The position numbers and the translations under genes were made by a program. From an uncultured Candidatus Saccharibacteria bacterium (GTDB taxonomy: Bacteria > Patescibacteriota > Minisyncoccia > UBA6257 > Colwellbacteraceae), in NCBI GenBank assembly GCA_964559765.1, contig CAZLHU010000001.1, forward strand, positions 9,242-73,241: DNA of 64,000 nt. The letters are read 5' to 3'. How positions within the stretch are numbered: position 1 is the stretch's first letter; each line of letters opens with the position of its first letter. The notes under the pieces were generated by a model. The model made no database searches. It was not told the DNA's origin and worked only from the letters and a program-made list of their open reading frames with translations. This document shows positions 40,914-50,883 of the stretch, piece after piece.

Positions 40914-41132
40914 ATGAAGATATCAGTTAAAGTTAAGCCTGGCGCCAAGAAAGAAAGTCTAGAGAAAGTAGACGAAGGCCATTATATCGTTTCAGTCAAA
41001 GAGCCGCCGACAGAGGGACGCGCGAACTATGCCGTAACCCGGGCAATAGCCGAATATCTAAATATCGGCATTTCTAGGGTAAATATCGCATCCGGACATT
41101 CTTCTAGAAATAAGATAATTGAAATATTATAG
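40914..41132 (+). CDS. DUF167/YggU family protein
   Basis: KPGAKK...EPPTEGRANYAV...SGHSSRNKIIEI pattern. Confidence 0.55.
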   Translation: MKISVKVKPGAKKESLEKVDEGHYIVSVKEPPTEGRANYAVTRAIAEYLNIGISRVNIASGHSSRNKIIEIL

Positions 41133-41214
41133 ATATCCGTTATATTTACTTAAGCCCTCTATGAGGGACGATTCAAAAAGACAAATCTAAGTCGCCAACA
41201 CAAATAAAAAATAA

Positions 41215-41778
41215 ATGCATATAAACAAAATGGCCGTATCATTAACAATATTAATCGTAGCTCTAGTCTGCGTATGTCTATACCTGATATTTTATTTCAC
41301 TTCCAGCACATCGAACGGCAGCCCGGCCCCCTCAACAATACAGATCCCGAACACGCAAAACATTACCGCGAGCACGACCACCTCGACCAACACCATGACA
41401 TCAAGCAGCACGCCAAGCCAGTCGTCTCCCACATCGGGCCAATTGGGCATCAAAGTGCTTAAGCCCGGCAGCGGAGCCGCAGCCAAGACCGGCGACACCT
41501 TGTCGGTGCTATATACCGGGAAGTTTACTAACGGCAAAGTGTTCGACGCATCTTCTTTGCACGGAAACCAGCCGTACAGCCTTACCCTAGGAGTGACCTC
41601 CGTAATACAAGGATGGACTCAGGGATTGGTCGGCGCCCAAGCGGGCGAAGAGCTCGAGCTCACCGTACCGCCGCAGTTGGGCTACGGTGCAAATGATTAT
41701 CCTCCGGGCAGCAATCCTCCGACCATTCCAGGGAATTCAACTCTAATATTCGACATAACGGTTCTAAAAATAAATTAG
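41215..41778 (+). CDS. membrane-anchored FKBP-type peptidyl-prolyl cis-trans isomerase
   Basis: TM, then an S/T linker, then GDTLSVLYTGKFTNGKVFDAS...LIFDITVLKI FKBP domain. Confidence 0.75.
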   Translation: MHINKMAVSLTILIVALVCVCLYLIFYFTSSTSNGSPAPSTIQIPNTQNITASTTTSTNTMTSSSTPSQSSPTSGQLGIKVLKPGSGAAAKTGDTLSVLYTGKFTNGKVFDASSLHGNQPYSLTLGVTSVIQGWTQGLVGAQAGEELELTVPPQLGYGANDYPPGSNPPTIPGNSTLIFDITVLKIN

Positions 41779-41789
41779 GTTTTAGAATA

Positions 41790-41822
41790 AAAATAACCCC
41801 GCAATGTGCGGGGTTATTTTTT
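41790..41822. terminator. bidirectional intrinsic terminator (aaccccgc-aatgt-gcggggtt, A/T flanks)
   Basis: Between convergent FKBP(+) and 41832..42020(-). Confidence 0.55.
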
Positions 41823-41831
41823 ATCTATAGG

Positions 41832-42020
41832 TTAGCGGTAGTCCCTTCGGGCCATACGCTTTTCCCTATGACAATCGCGGCAAAGGAGTTCATTGATCCT
41901 GTTTTCATCCGGTTTAAAAGGAAGTTCAGTGATAGTTGCTCCACACTTGGAACACTTCCACTCTCCTTTAAACATCTCACGCTGAAAACCTCCACCTCTA
42001 TTCTGATCGTTATAAGCCAT
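41832..42020 (-). CDS. small zinc-ribbon protein (CSKCG...CRDCH)
   Basis: 62 aa, basic; four Cys in two CxxC pairs. Confidence 0.4.
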   Translation of the reverse strand: MAYNDQNRGGGFQREMFKGEWKCSKCGATITELPFKPDENRINELLCRDCHREKRMARRDYR

Positions 42021-42375
42021 TTGTTTACTTTATTATCGACTATTTAGATTCCTACAAATGGCGCGCTATTAACGGTATGCCTATTTTGTTTTTCGAACCT
42101 ATTCTAAGAGAGATACTAGCATAAATAACGCAACTTGTAAAGGGGCAGCATAAAGAAACTCACGTTTGGTGGTTTTGACCTTTTGGATATAGACGCTCCA
42201 AGGTAGCCAGGCATTGTCCCGATAGTTGTTAGGGGCGTCTCGCCAGTAACTATAGATTGACAAAATATAGATTTATGTTAACTTAGGCCAAAGGTCGATT
42301 CGCTAGCGCGGTGTCCTAATCCGCTTCAGCGGATCGGGCATGTTCTCTAATAAATTAATAATCTAATTAAAAACA

Positions 42376-42840
42376 ATGAAGAATTCTGTCGATAGCTCCA
42401 TTCCTTTCACGGATTACATTCCGTTTATCATCGCAGCCATATTTGTATTTTTCATCGCTCTTTCTAACTGGATGCCTAAGGCAAATGCGGACGTGTCATT
42501 CCCACCGGTTTGCAAAATGTTCCCGGCTGGCGACTCTATGCCAGGTATCGTCACCGTCCCGGCAGCTAAACAGACTGAGTGTCTTGAAGAGATGGGAGAT
42601 ATACTGGATGCCAATAATAATCCGATTCCGCCTATTTCGGCTCAGCTCGCCACACTTCCGGTCAGCACCCTTCAGGCTATCTATGCAAAGATAACTGGCA
42701 AGCAGGATACGAACACGGATAGCGTCTCGATATCGGAGGATATAATGGCGGCAGTGTTAAGCTCTCCCCATGGAGCCGATATCCCGGAAATAGGGATGAA
42801 TATTACAGGGACATACCCGAATCTCATTGTCTCGTTTTAG
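42376..42840 (+). CDS. hypothetical membrane-anchored or secreted protein
   Basis: N-terminal hydrophobic segment; terminator at 42845..42880. Confidence 0.4.
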   Translation: MKNSVDSSIPFTDYIPFIIAAIFVFFIALSNWMPKANADVSFPPVCKMFPAGDSMPGIVTVPAAKQTECLEEMGDILDANNNPIPPISAQLATLPVSTLQAIYAKITGKQDTNTDSVSISEDIMAAVLSSPHGADIPEIGMNITGTYPNLIVSF

Positions 42841-42844
42841 TCTT

Positions 42845-42880
42845 AAAATCCCCCAAGCTTAAGCCTGGGGGATTTTATTT
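42845..42880 (+). terminator. intrinsic terminator (atcccccaagc-ttaa-gcctgggggat plus T4)
   Basis: Hairpin plus U-run. Confidence 0.55.
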
Positions 42881-42996
42881 ACCCAATCTTGATTAATTAT
42901 CCATTTTATATTTAACCGCTGTCTAAAACGCCCATTATCAAGACAAAGACCAGCCTTAAAACTGGTCTTTGTGGGATAAATAATATCTATTAAGGA

Positions 42997-45426
42997 CTAG
43001 TCGCAACGGCTAAAGCCGCAATTCTTACAACTCATACAGCCCTCCGCTAAGGTAAGTTGATAGCCGCACTCCGGACAACCCGGCATTGATCCGAAGTCGG
43101 CCATGGACCTCTCCTTTGACGGCTTTGACTCGATTGATATTGGAGCCTTGGCTTCTGTGTTCTCCACGCCGACGGATATGGTCGACTCAATTATCACATT
43201 GATGTTCTTGGCGTGTTCCTCAAGTATCTGACCAATTGCATCCGGCAGAGACAATACAGTTCCCCTTGTGGTCATGGCCACCGCAGGGCCGCGTATGCCC
43301 TTAAGATTGTCGACTATCTCTTCAACCTTCACGCCCGATCGTAGGGAAAGCGAGATAAGTCGGCAAATAGCCTCAGACTGCTCTTGGAAGAATCCCCCGC
43401 TCTTGCCTATGGTTGCGAACACTTCAAACGGCGCCCCGCCCTCATCATTGTTCACAGTAACGTAAAGCTTTCCGTAGCCAGTCTTTATTTTGTAAGTTCT
43501 GCCCGAGAGAACCTCTGGCCTCACTCTCGGCGCAATCTTATCCTTATCAATCTCCAAATTGATCGAGACCTCGTCAACTTTGATAGCTTTCGTCGTTGTG
43601 GGAGTTGATGTCGGCGCAGTTATATTCTCTCCGGTGCCAAGATTAAGAATCTGTATGTTGCGGCTGCCATCACGGTAGACTGTGCAGCTCTTGCAACCCA
43701 GCTTCCACGCATCTATGAAACCATTCTTAACATCTTCATGAGTAGCGCTGTTTGGGAAGTTGATCGTCTTAGAGATCGAGTTATCGACATGAGCCTGGAA
43801 CGCAGCTTGCATCTTCACGTGGCCACTGCCGGAGATGTCCATAGAGATGACAAAGGTGTCCTTAAGGTCTTTTGGTAGGCCGGGCACGTCCTGAATCGAT
43901 CCCGTCTTTGTGATTGCTTCCTTTATCTCGTCTATTTTCTTCTCGCTGAATTTGCGGCGCTTTAGTTCGGCTTCAAAATACTTATTTAAGTAGTGGTATT
44001 GTTGCCCATCCTTATCCTGCTTCACATAGGCCAAGGCAAAGTTGGGCTCTATGCCACTGGACGTATCAAACATCATCGAAATCGATCCCGTGGGGGCAAC
44101 GGTGGTAAGAGCGGCATTGCGCATCTTAATGCCCTTCTTTGCGAATACGCTAAGCTTTATATTCGGAAAAGCTCCCTTTTCTTTGGCCAACTCCTTGGAC
44201 ATCTGGTGGGACTCCTTGGTTATGAAATCCATCACTTTTTCGCCCATTTTTAGGCCCTCTTGAGAGTCGTATCTTATGCCCAACTGATAGAGCATATCGG
44301 CAAATCCCATTATTCCGAGGCCTATGCGGCGGTTCTTTTGGGCCAACTCCGTCACCTGCGAAACAGGGAAATCAAACTTGTCTATGACGTCATCCATGAG
44401 TCTTACCGCGGTCCTGGTAGCGAAACGCAGTCTCGGCCAATCAACTTTGCTGCTCTTAACGAATTCAGCCAGATTTATCGATCCAAGATTGCAGTTATCG
44501 TAAGCGTGCAGGAACTGCTCTCCGCAGGGATTGGAACACATTATTTCTCCTAATCCCGGTAAGGGGTTGGTCCTGTTGATTGCGTCTATGAAAACTATTC
44601 CTGGTTCGCCGTTTGTCCAAGCATAGTGCACAAGCTCATCGAATAACTGGCCGACGGTTATATCTATATCTTCAAAGCCGTAAACCGAACCATTCGGATA
44701 ACGAAGCACTTTATGCGGCTTCACTTTCACCCCTTTCCAAGTGCAATACCATGGAGTGTCCGGACTCTTAACGACTTTCTTCATAAAATCATCGGTGACT
44801 TTAATGGAAATATTAAAGTTGGATATCGAACCCTCTCTTTCTTTTGAATGGATGAAATCCAAAACATCGGGATGGTCAACGCTCATCATCGCCATATTCG
44901 CTCCATGCCTCCCCTGCTGTTTTATAACCCCGAAGGCAGAATTGTAAACATTTAAAAATGTTACCGGACCAGAAGAAGATCCCCGTGAACGTTTTGTCGG
45001 CGACATAGCTGGACGCAGTTCGTCCAAAGCGAATCCCAACCCCGAACCGGCTTGCTGCAACAGCGCCGCATCCTTCAAAGTCTGGAATATGCTATCCATC
45101 GAATCATGAATCGGAAGAACTATGCAGTTTGCGATCAATGCGGTGTCGCTGCCGGCATTGGTCACAGTGCGTCCAGCTGGAGTAAATTCCTTGGAGGACA
45201 TGATACTGAAGAAATCATCCTCTGTTTTATTGACGAATTTCGCGTCATGGTGGTATTTCTTCTCGACTTCGGCAAGAGCCTTGGCTACACGACGAAACAT
45301 CATCGCTGGCGTTTCCTGCTTCCCAGTCTTTTCATCAGTCACGAGATAACGCTTGCGCATCATCTTCAGTGCATTCTCAGAAAACGACTTGTTTATGATT
45401 TCGTCACGGCTCTTGCTCTTGACCAT
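42997..45426 (-). CDS. nrdJ: class II (adenosylcobalamin-dependent) ribonucleotide reductase
   Basis: 809 aa monomeric-type RNR; C-terminal CPECGYQ...CMSCKNCGFSRC zinc module; cone-less N-terminus typical of NrdJ. Confidence 0.8.
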   Translation of the reverse strand: MVKSKSRDEIINKSFSENALKMMRKRYLVTDEKTGKQETPAMMFRRVAKALAEVEKKYHHDAKFVNKTEDDFFSIMSSKEFTPAGRTVTNAGSDTALIANCIVLPIHDSMDSIFQTLKDAALLQQAGSGLGFALDELRPAMSPTKRSRGSSSGPVTFLNVYNSAFGVIKQQGRHGANMAMMSVDHPDVLDFIHSKEREGSISNFNISIKVTDDFMKKVVKSPDTPWYCTWKGVKVKPHKVLRYPNGSVYGFEDIDITVGQLFDELVHYAWTNGEPGIVFIDAINRTNPLPGLGEIMCSNPCGEQFLHAYDNCNLGSINLAEFVKSSKVDWPRLRFATRTAVRLMDDVIDKFDFPVSQVTELAQKNRRIGLGIMGFADMLYQLGIRYDSQEGLKMGEKVMDFITKESHQMSKELAKEKGAFPNIKLSVFAKKGIKMRNAALTTVAPTGSISMMFDTSSGIEPNFALAYVKQDKDGQQYHYLNKYFEAELKRRKFSEKKIDEIKEAITKTGSIQDVPGLPKDLKDTFVISMDISGSGHVKMQAAFQAHVDNSISKTINFPNSATHEDVKNGFIDAWKLGCKSCTVYRDGSRNIQILNLGTGENITAPTSTPTTTKAIKVDEVSINLEIDKDKIAPRVRPEVLSGRTYKIKTGYGKLYVTVNNDEGGAPFEVFATIGKSGGFFQEQSEAICRLISLSLRSGVKVEEIVDNLKGIRGPAVAMTTRGTVLSLPDAIGQILEEHAKNINVIIESTISVGVENTEAKAPISIESKPSKERSMADFGSMPGCPECGYQLTLAEGCMSCKNCGFSRCD

Positions 45427-45512
45427 ATTGGTTTAAAATATTTATGCGACTTTTTATATTAAGGCAAAGGAATTCTAACATAGGGCCGATGTGCATAACT
45501 CTAGGCCGTGCT

Positions 45513-45540
45513 ATAAAAAACCCTCTAATCGAGAGGGCTT
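45513..45540 (-). terminator. intrinsic terminator after ftsZ (ccctct-cgatta-gaggg plus U6 on the minus strand)
   Basis: Hairpin plus U-run on the minus strand. Confidence 0.5.
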
Positions 45541-45589
45541 TAAAAAATAATTTGACACTGTAAGAGACGCGACCGGATAAGGGTCAAAA

Positions 45590-46828
45590 TTAGCGTTTTC
45601 GCTTGCGGAGGAACGCGGGTATATCCCATATATCGTCACCCTTGTCGTCTTCTTTATTATCCTTATTGAAAACCCTTTTTATCTTAACATCCCTGTCGTC
45701 GACGATTGGCTGCTCTATTTTTTGAGAGTCCTTTTTGTCATCGCTGTTATCGATAAGAGGTATTGTTTTGTTTATAGCCGTCACTGGAGCAAAAAGACTC
45801 ACCGAATCTGGCTCGGCATGCAGCGCAGACATGCCATTAAACCCAGTGGCGACCAAAATAACCTTAATTTTACCGGCTTTTAGCTTTCTGTCGTGATACG
45901 CTCCGAAAATAATCTTGGCCGCAGAATCCACATTCTCATTGACGATCTTTGCCGCATCATTAATCTCAGACATTCTCAAATCTTTGCCGCCGGCGATACC
46001 AAATAAGATTCCCCTAGCGCCCTCGATTGAGTGTTCCAAAAGTGGTGAGTTGACCGCTTGACTCATTGCTTTGATTGCACGATCCGGACCACTCGATATT
46101 CCAACGCCGATTATGGCGGTGCCTGCATTTTGCACGATTGCCCGCACGTCAGCGAAATCAACGTTCACTAATCCGGCTGAAGCAATTATTTCAGCCACAC
46201 CCTGAACAGCGCTCTTTAATATCTCATCGATCTTTTCGAAAGCCTTTATGACCGGGGTGTCATTGTCGATGATTGAGAATATGCGGTCGTTCGGAATTGT
46301 AATCAATGCATCTACACGATCCTTAACACGAGCCAATCCCTCGTCCGCAATCCGCATACGCTGGGCACCCTCAAATGAGAAAGGCTTTGTAATCACTGCA
46401 ATCGACAACGCATCAGTTTCCTCGCGGATTATATCGGCAACCACCGGCAGGGCGCCCGTACCCGTTCCTCCGCCAAAACCAGCTGTAAGGAAAACTAAAT
46501 CTGCGTCTTTAACGGCATCGGCTATTTCAGCACGATTTTCTTCGGCCGACTGTCTTCCTAAGTCTGGATTCATACCTGCCCCCATCCCCCGGGTCGCCAT
46601 ACGGCCTATGTGGATTTTCTTCCTCGCGTCGCAGTACTCAAGATCCTGGATATCTGTGTTTATTGCGATAAACTCTACGCCCCGGGTGAAGTTGTGGCTC
46701 ATACGGGTGACAGCGTTTCCCCCGCCCCCGCCTACGCCAATCACCTTTATCCGCACCAAAGGACGGTCCATATTAGACGGGCTATCTGACCCCACTATCT
46801 TAACTCTGCGTTTTTTTGATCTGGGCAT
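45590..46828 (-). CDS. ftsZ: cell division GTPase FtsZ
   Basis: GVGGGGGNAV, GGGTGTG tubulin signature. Confidence 0.92.
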   Translation of the reverse strand: MPRSKKRRVKIVGSDSPSNMDRPLVRIKVIGVGGGGGNAVTRMSHNFTRGVEFIAINTDIQDLEYCDARKKIHIGRMATRGMGAGMNPDLGRQSAEENRAEIADAVKDADLVFLTAGFGGGTGTGALPVVADIIREETDALSIAVITKPFSFEGAQRMRIADEGLARVKDRVDALITIPNDRIFSIIDNDTPVIKAFEKIDEILKSAVQGVAEIIASAGLVNVDFADVRAIVQNAGTAIIGVGISSGPDRAIKAMSQAVNSPLLEHSIEGARGILFGIAGGKDLRMSEINDAAKIVNENVDSAAKIIFGAYHDRKLKAGKIKVILVATGFNGMSALHAEPDSVSLFAPVTAINKTIPLIDNSDDKKDSQKIEQPIVDDRDVKIKRVFNKDNKEDDKGDDIWDIPAFLRKRKR

Positions 46829-46837
46829 TATTGATGA

Positions 46838-48061
46838 TTATGGCAGTAAATTCTTGAAAAACTTGGTGACCATATCCCCTTTAAGGGATGGCACTCTTGG
46901 GTTCATTTCCCCGCTCCAGCTGAGCAGGCCTAGGGCCGCAGTAGCTTCTGGTGATTCTACCAGCTCTGAGGTCCCAGGTGAAGTGGCTTCAAAAACCGAC
47001 GAGTTGGGAAGGCCGACTTGGGATGTTAGTTTCAATTCCGAGCGTAACAATTCGGCCATACCAGGCAGCTTGGCTCCGCCGCCAACAACAACCACCCCGG
47101 ACGGCAACTTGCCCGCCTTACCTATCAAGCGAAGCTCGGTATTCACTAAATCGCATATTTCCACCAATCTCGCCTCTATAACCTCTGATATAAACTTTCT
47201 AGTTGGCATACCTTTTATACCAGAATCTATTTTGGATAAATCTATTGTGTCCTTGCTCGAGACTTCCTTGGATAACGCATAACCATAGGATAGCTTCAAC
47301 TTCTCCGCTACCTCTACCGGTATTTTCAAAGCTATCGCAAGATCATTGGTGATGTGGCCAGCGCCCACCGGGAAAGTTTTTGCGTATAATAATTTATTTT
47401 CTTCGTAGACGGCCATGCCCGTGGTGCCATAACCAATATCAAGCAACACGACCCCCAACTCTTTCTGATTCCTGGTAAGCACAGCCATGGCAGATGCGAG
47501 TGGCGTGAATATAATCCCGCTCACGCTTCCTCCGGACAGCTCTACGCATTTCATTAGGTTCTTTACAGCCGGTTGGAAAGCATCGATGACAACGCTCACC
47601 ACCTCCAATCTTGCTCCGACCATGCCCAACGGGTCACGTATATCGCCGATGCCATCGACGACGAACTCACGGGTCACGGTATGTAGCAACATTCTGTTGG
47701 AGGGTAGATTTACCGCCTCCGACGCTTGAATGGCCCTGGACATGTCGTCTTTGTATATTTCCGAGTTGGCCCGGGCTACGGCAACGATGCCTCGCGACAC
47801 CTGAGCGCGTATATCGGCACCACTGACTCCGAGATAGACATTTCTGAGCGCGGCTTTTGAATAACTCTTAACATCCTGAAGCACATTGGTCACCGCTCCG
47901 GCGACTTCTTCCATATCAACAACGACACCCTTACGGATGCCGCGCGACGGCTTGGAAAATCCAGTGTAGAGCTTGATTTTTTCAGGTCCTACCGGCTCCC
48001 CTATTACCGCCTTGATGGTGTGTGTGCCTATGTCTAAACCTAATACCTGTTCTTGAGCCAT
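46838..48061 (-). CDS. ftsA: cell division protein FtsA
   Basis: Actin-fold N-terminus LGLDIGTHTIKAV; immediately upstream of ftsZ. Confidence 0.85.
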   Translation of the reverse strand: MAQEQVLGLDIGTHTIKAVIGEPVGPEKIKLYTGFSKPSRGIRKGVVVDMEEVAGAVTNVLQDVKSYSKAALRNVYLGVSGADIRAQVSRGIVAVARANSEIYKDDMSRAIQASEAVNLPSNRMLLHTVTREFVVDGIGDIRDPLGMVGARLEVVSVVIDAFQPAVKNLMKCVELSGGSVSGIIFTPLASAMAVLTRNQKELGVVLLDIGYGTTGMAVYEENKLLYAKTFPVGAGHITNDLAIALKIPVEVAEKLKLSYGYALSKEVSSKDTIDLSKIDSGIKGMPTRKFISEVIEARLVEICDLVNTELRLIGKAGKLPSGVVVVGGGAKLPGMAELLRSELKLTSQVGLPNSSVFEATSPGTSELVESPEATAALGLLSWSGEMNPRVPSLKGDMVTKFFKNLLP

Positions 48062-48432
48062 GCTAGGATTTTGAGTTCCAGTCTTTGCATCCTTATTCTA
48101 GCACGCTCTTTAACGTGATCGAAACCCAATAAGTGGAGAAGGCCGTGCACTAATAAGTGATCTATGCCTATATCATGGGTGCTGATATAGCTTGGGCATA
48201 AATATATCTCGCCGATCATCCTTTCCGCTTTATTTATCTGTGGAAATTCCTCCGGAGACTCGAAAGAAAGTATGTCGGTAGGCTTGTCTATCCCCCTAAA
48301 AGCGCGGTTTAACTTGCGCATTTCCCGCCTGTCTATTAAAAAGACCTCCGCTCTCAAGTGGGGGCTTTTAAAATACGAAGTTAATATGGTTTGGGCTAGC
48401 TCTTGGAGACGCCTCCCTTCTTTAGGCATCAC
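48040..48432 (-). CDS. ybeY: rRNA maturation endoribonuclease YbeY
   Basis: HGLLHLLGFDH zinc motif. Confidence 0.8.
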   Translation of the reverse strand: MMPKEGRRLQELAQTILTSYFKSPHLRAEVFLIDRREMRKLNRAFRGIDKPTDILSFESPEEFPQINKAERMIGEIYLCPSYISTHDIGIDHLLVHGLLHLLGFDHVKERARIRMQRLELKILAWLKNRY

Positions 48433-48869
48433 AGAAATTTTTTCACCACCGCACTCACCCGTCCGGCATCGGCTTTGCCTGAGATCTCTTTCATCGCTTC
48501 CTTCATGGCCGCACCCATATCCTTCGCCCCGCCAGCTATGACCCTTTTAACTATTTTCTCAATCTCGGCGTCATCCATCTCTGCGGGAAGATATTCCTGG
48601 ATTATCTTGAGCTCTTTGAGTTCTTTACCCTCCAGGTCCTTTCTATCGGCCTTGCCATATATTTCCGCTGCCTCTTTGCGCTTCTTTGCCTCCTTGCGCA
48701 ACACATCCAGCGACGCCTTGTCGTCTAGGACCTCAACGCCTTTGGCGTGTTCCTCGATTTCACGGTTATGCATAGCGGATAGTATCATCCGCAAAGTAAG
48801 AAGTCGCTCGCTGTTTCCAGCCTTCATACTTTCTTTTATGTCAGCTTTGAGTTTATCCGAAATAGACAT
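48429..48869 (-). CDS. GatB/YqeY domain protein
   Basis: 146 aa, Lys/Glu-rich helical YqeY-like sequence. Confidence 0.6.
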   Translation of the reverse strand: MSISDKLKADIKESMKAGNSERLLTLRMILSAMHNREIEEHAKGVEVLDDKASLDVLRKEAKKRKEAAEIYGKADRKDLEGKELKELKIIQEYLPAEMDDAEIEKIVKRVIAGGAKDMGAAMKEAMKEISGKADAGRVSAVVKKFL

Positions 48870-48901
48870 CTTTATGTTGGCGCTAAACGCGCCGTATCTG
48901 C

Positions 48902-49117
48902 CTAAAACGCGCCAAGCTTGCGGGAACGCTCTATCTCTGCCGTGCGCTTAATTTTGTACAAGCGCGATTTCTTAACGCTTGTCGCATTAGGCGTACGAGA
49001 AGAGAAACGGCGCTTCTTTGACTCACGCAATACGCCACCCTGCTGCACCCTCTTAACGAAGCGGTAGATGAGCGAGTTTGCGGATTCGCCTTCCTTCTTT
49101 TTGATTAATATAGCCAT
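48902..49117 (-). CDS. rpsU: 30S ribosomal protein S21
   Basis: 71 aa, basic; LIYRFVKRVQQGGVLRESKKRRF parallels the S21 RFKR...G.L.E..KR.F pattern. Confidence 0.6.
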   Translation of the reverse strand: MAILIKKKEGESANSLIYRFVKRVQQGGVLRESKKRRFSSRTPNATSVKKSRLYKIKRTAEIERSRKLGAF

Positions 49118-49141
49118 TTTCTAACGAGTTAGCCTCATTCT

Positions 49142-49582
49142 TTAGTTTTTATTCTTACTTCGCAAACTGTCGACGGCCTTCTTTAGCTCGGACCGAACCT
49201 GTTCTAGCGGCTCGGACGGTGGATTTTTGACCACTGTATGTATTGATCCTCCGTTATCCCCCTCATAACGGGTGATAATGTGCACATGGAGGTGGTCAAC
49301 TGCTTGCCCGCTCATCCTACCGTGGTTTATCCCAATTGTAAAACCCTGGGGTTTGAAGGCGTTATTCATGGCTTCGGTTATGATTTTGACCGCCCCAAAG
49401 AGCCTCCCGACCTGATCTTGGGGGAGGTCGATTATGTTGTTGGCGTGCTCCTTGGGTATGACCAACGTATGCCCCAGGGACAGCGGATGTACATCCAGAA
49501 AACCAAGCGACCATTCGTCCTCGTAAACTATTTCGGAGGGAATTTCTTTTCGAGCTATCTTGCAGAACAGACAATCTTCCAT
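49142..49582 (-). CDS. HIT-family hydrolase
   Basis: Histidine triad HLHVHII; HTLVIPKEH. Confidence 0.8.
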   Translation of the reverse strand: MEDCLFCKIARKEIPSEIVYEDEWSLGFLDVHPLSLGHTLVIPKEHANNIIDLPQDQVGRLFGAVKIITEAMNNAFKPQGFTIGINHGRMSGQAVDHLHVHIITRYEGDNGGSIHTVVKNPPSEPLEQVRSELKKAVDSLRSKNKN

Positions 49583-49584
49583 GA

Positions 49585-50883
49585 CTACACTGTTTTAAGT
49601 CTCTTCTTGACCTCTTCAACCACCATTGTGATCGGAACGGCCTCCTGAACCCCGGTAGTCATGTCGCGGATTATTATATTCTCCTCAAAAGCCTCCTTCT
49701 GGCCGAAGATGAGGGCGAGTGGAGCCTCCATCTTTGCTGCGCGCTCAAGTTGGGTGGACATAGAATCCTTGCCCAACGCCTCGGAGATACCGACACCGCT
49801 TTTTCTGAATTCTTCAATGAGATTGAGCGACTTGCGTTTCGTTATCTCCCCTACGTGAACCAGGAACACGCGCGGTTTTGACTTAGGTGCGGTAAGTCCG
49901 CCTGAAGCCGTAGCGACTTCGATGGCTCTCTCTATTCCAGCAGCCATACCCACGGCCGGAGTTGGTCTTCCGCCAAGCATTTCGAACAGATAGTCATATC
50001 TCCCCCCTGCGGCGATGGCAAGATTGCCCCCTTCGGGGAACATCTCGAATACGGTACGGTTGTAATAATCCAAACCGCGTACCAACAATGGGTTTAAGGT
50101 GTAGGGAATGGCGACTTCATCCAAATACTCCAGCACGCCTTTAAAGTGAGTCTTGCAGTTGACGCAAAGACTATTCAGGATACTGGGCGCTCCAGCCTTG
50201 ATCGGCTGACAAATCTCGTTCTTGCAATCCAACAGGCGCAAAGGATTCTCCTTCAATCTCCGATCGCAGTCCTTGCACACCTTTTTGCCTTTGTAATATT
50301 CGGTCAGGCGCCTTATGTAATTGGGGCGACAGACCCTGCAACCTATTGAGTTGATCTGGACAGTCGTGTTTTTCAGCTTAAGCTCTTCGAAGAAACGGTA
50401 GGCGGCGATTATGACTTGGGCGTCATATACCGGGTCGCTTTCCCCTCCCAGGACCTCCAGGCCAAATTGGTGCAGCTCGCGATAGCGGCCGGCTTGAGGG
50501 TTCTCGTGGCGAAACACTGGGCTCATATAGTACAGCCTGACTGGCTGAGGCAGTCTGTTCATGCCGTTTTGTATGTAACTCCTGACAACCGGAGCGGTAA
50601 GCTCTGGACGCAAAGAGAAGTGGTCCCCGCCTTTTGTCCTCAGGCTATACATCTCTTTCTCGACTATATCAGTCGATTCGCCCACGCCACGCACAAAAAG
50701 GTCTGTGTTCTCCAGGATAGGCGTCTCGATCCTGCCGAAGCCGTAAAACTCTGCGACCTCCTTGCCTACCTTGTACACCTTATCCCACAACGGCCAATCG
50801 GTCGGAAGGGTATCCTTCATTCCCTTAGGGGTCTGGAAAGAGACTTTTTCGTTGCTATTTGTTTTTGTCTTAGGTTTGGTCAT
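49585..50883 (-). CDS. hisS: histidyl-tRNA synthetase
   Basis: Class II motifs (FSLRPELTAPVVR; GGRYD) and a C-terminal anticodon-binding domain. Confidence 0.88.
   Translation of the reverse strand: MTKPKTKTNSNEKVSFQTPKGMKDTLPTDWPLWDKVYKVGKEVAEFYGFGRIETPILENTDLFVRGVGESTDIVEKEMYSLRTKGGDHFSLRPELTAPVVRSYIQNGMNRLPQPVRLYYMSPVFRHENPQAGRYRELHQFGLEVLGGESDPVYDAQVIIAAYRFFEELKLKNTTVQINSIGCRVCRPNYIRRLTEYYKGKKVCKDCDRRLKENPLRLLDCKNEICQPIKAGAPSILNSLCVNCKTHFKGVLEYLDEVAIPYTLNPLLVRGLDYYNRTVFEMFPEGGNLAIAAGGRYDYLFEMLGGRPTPAVGMAAGIERAIEVATASGGLTAPKSKPRVFLVHVGEITKRKSLNLIEEFRKSGVGISEALGKDSMSTQLERAAKMEAPLALIFGQKEAFEENIIIRDMTTGVQEAVPITMVVEEVKKRLKTV

Noticed and set aside
45427-45512. Cobalamin riboswitch or NrdR box upstream of nrdJ
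   Set aside because: The leader is only about 85 nt, AT-rich and lacks the B12-box or an NrdR-like palindrome by eye. This needs an Rfam check, but nothing supports it.
46248-47282. 344-aa plus-strand ORF
   Set aside because: It is antisense to ftsZ/ftsA, which have unambiguous signatures. The low-complexity translation is typical of a shadow ORF.
48403-48951. 182-aa plus-strand ORF
   Set aside because: It is antisense to the YqeY-domain gene and rpsU, and the Ser/Ala/Leu low-complexity translation is typical of a shadow ORF.
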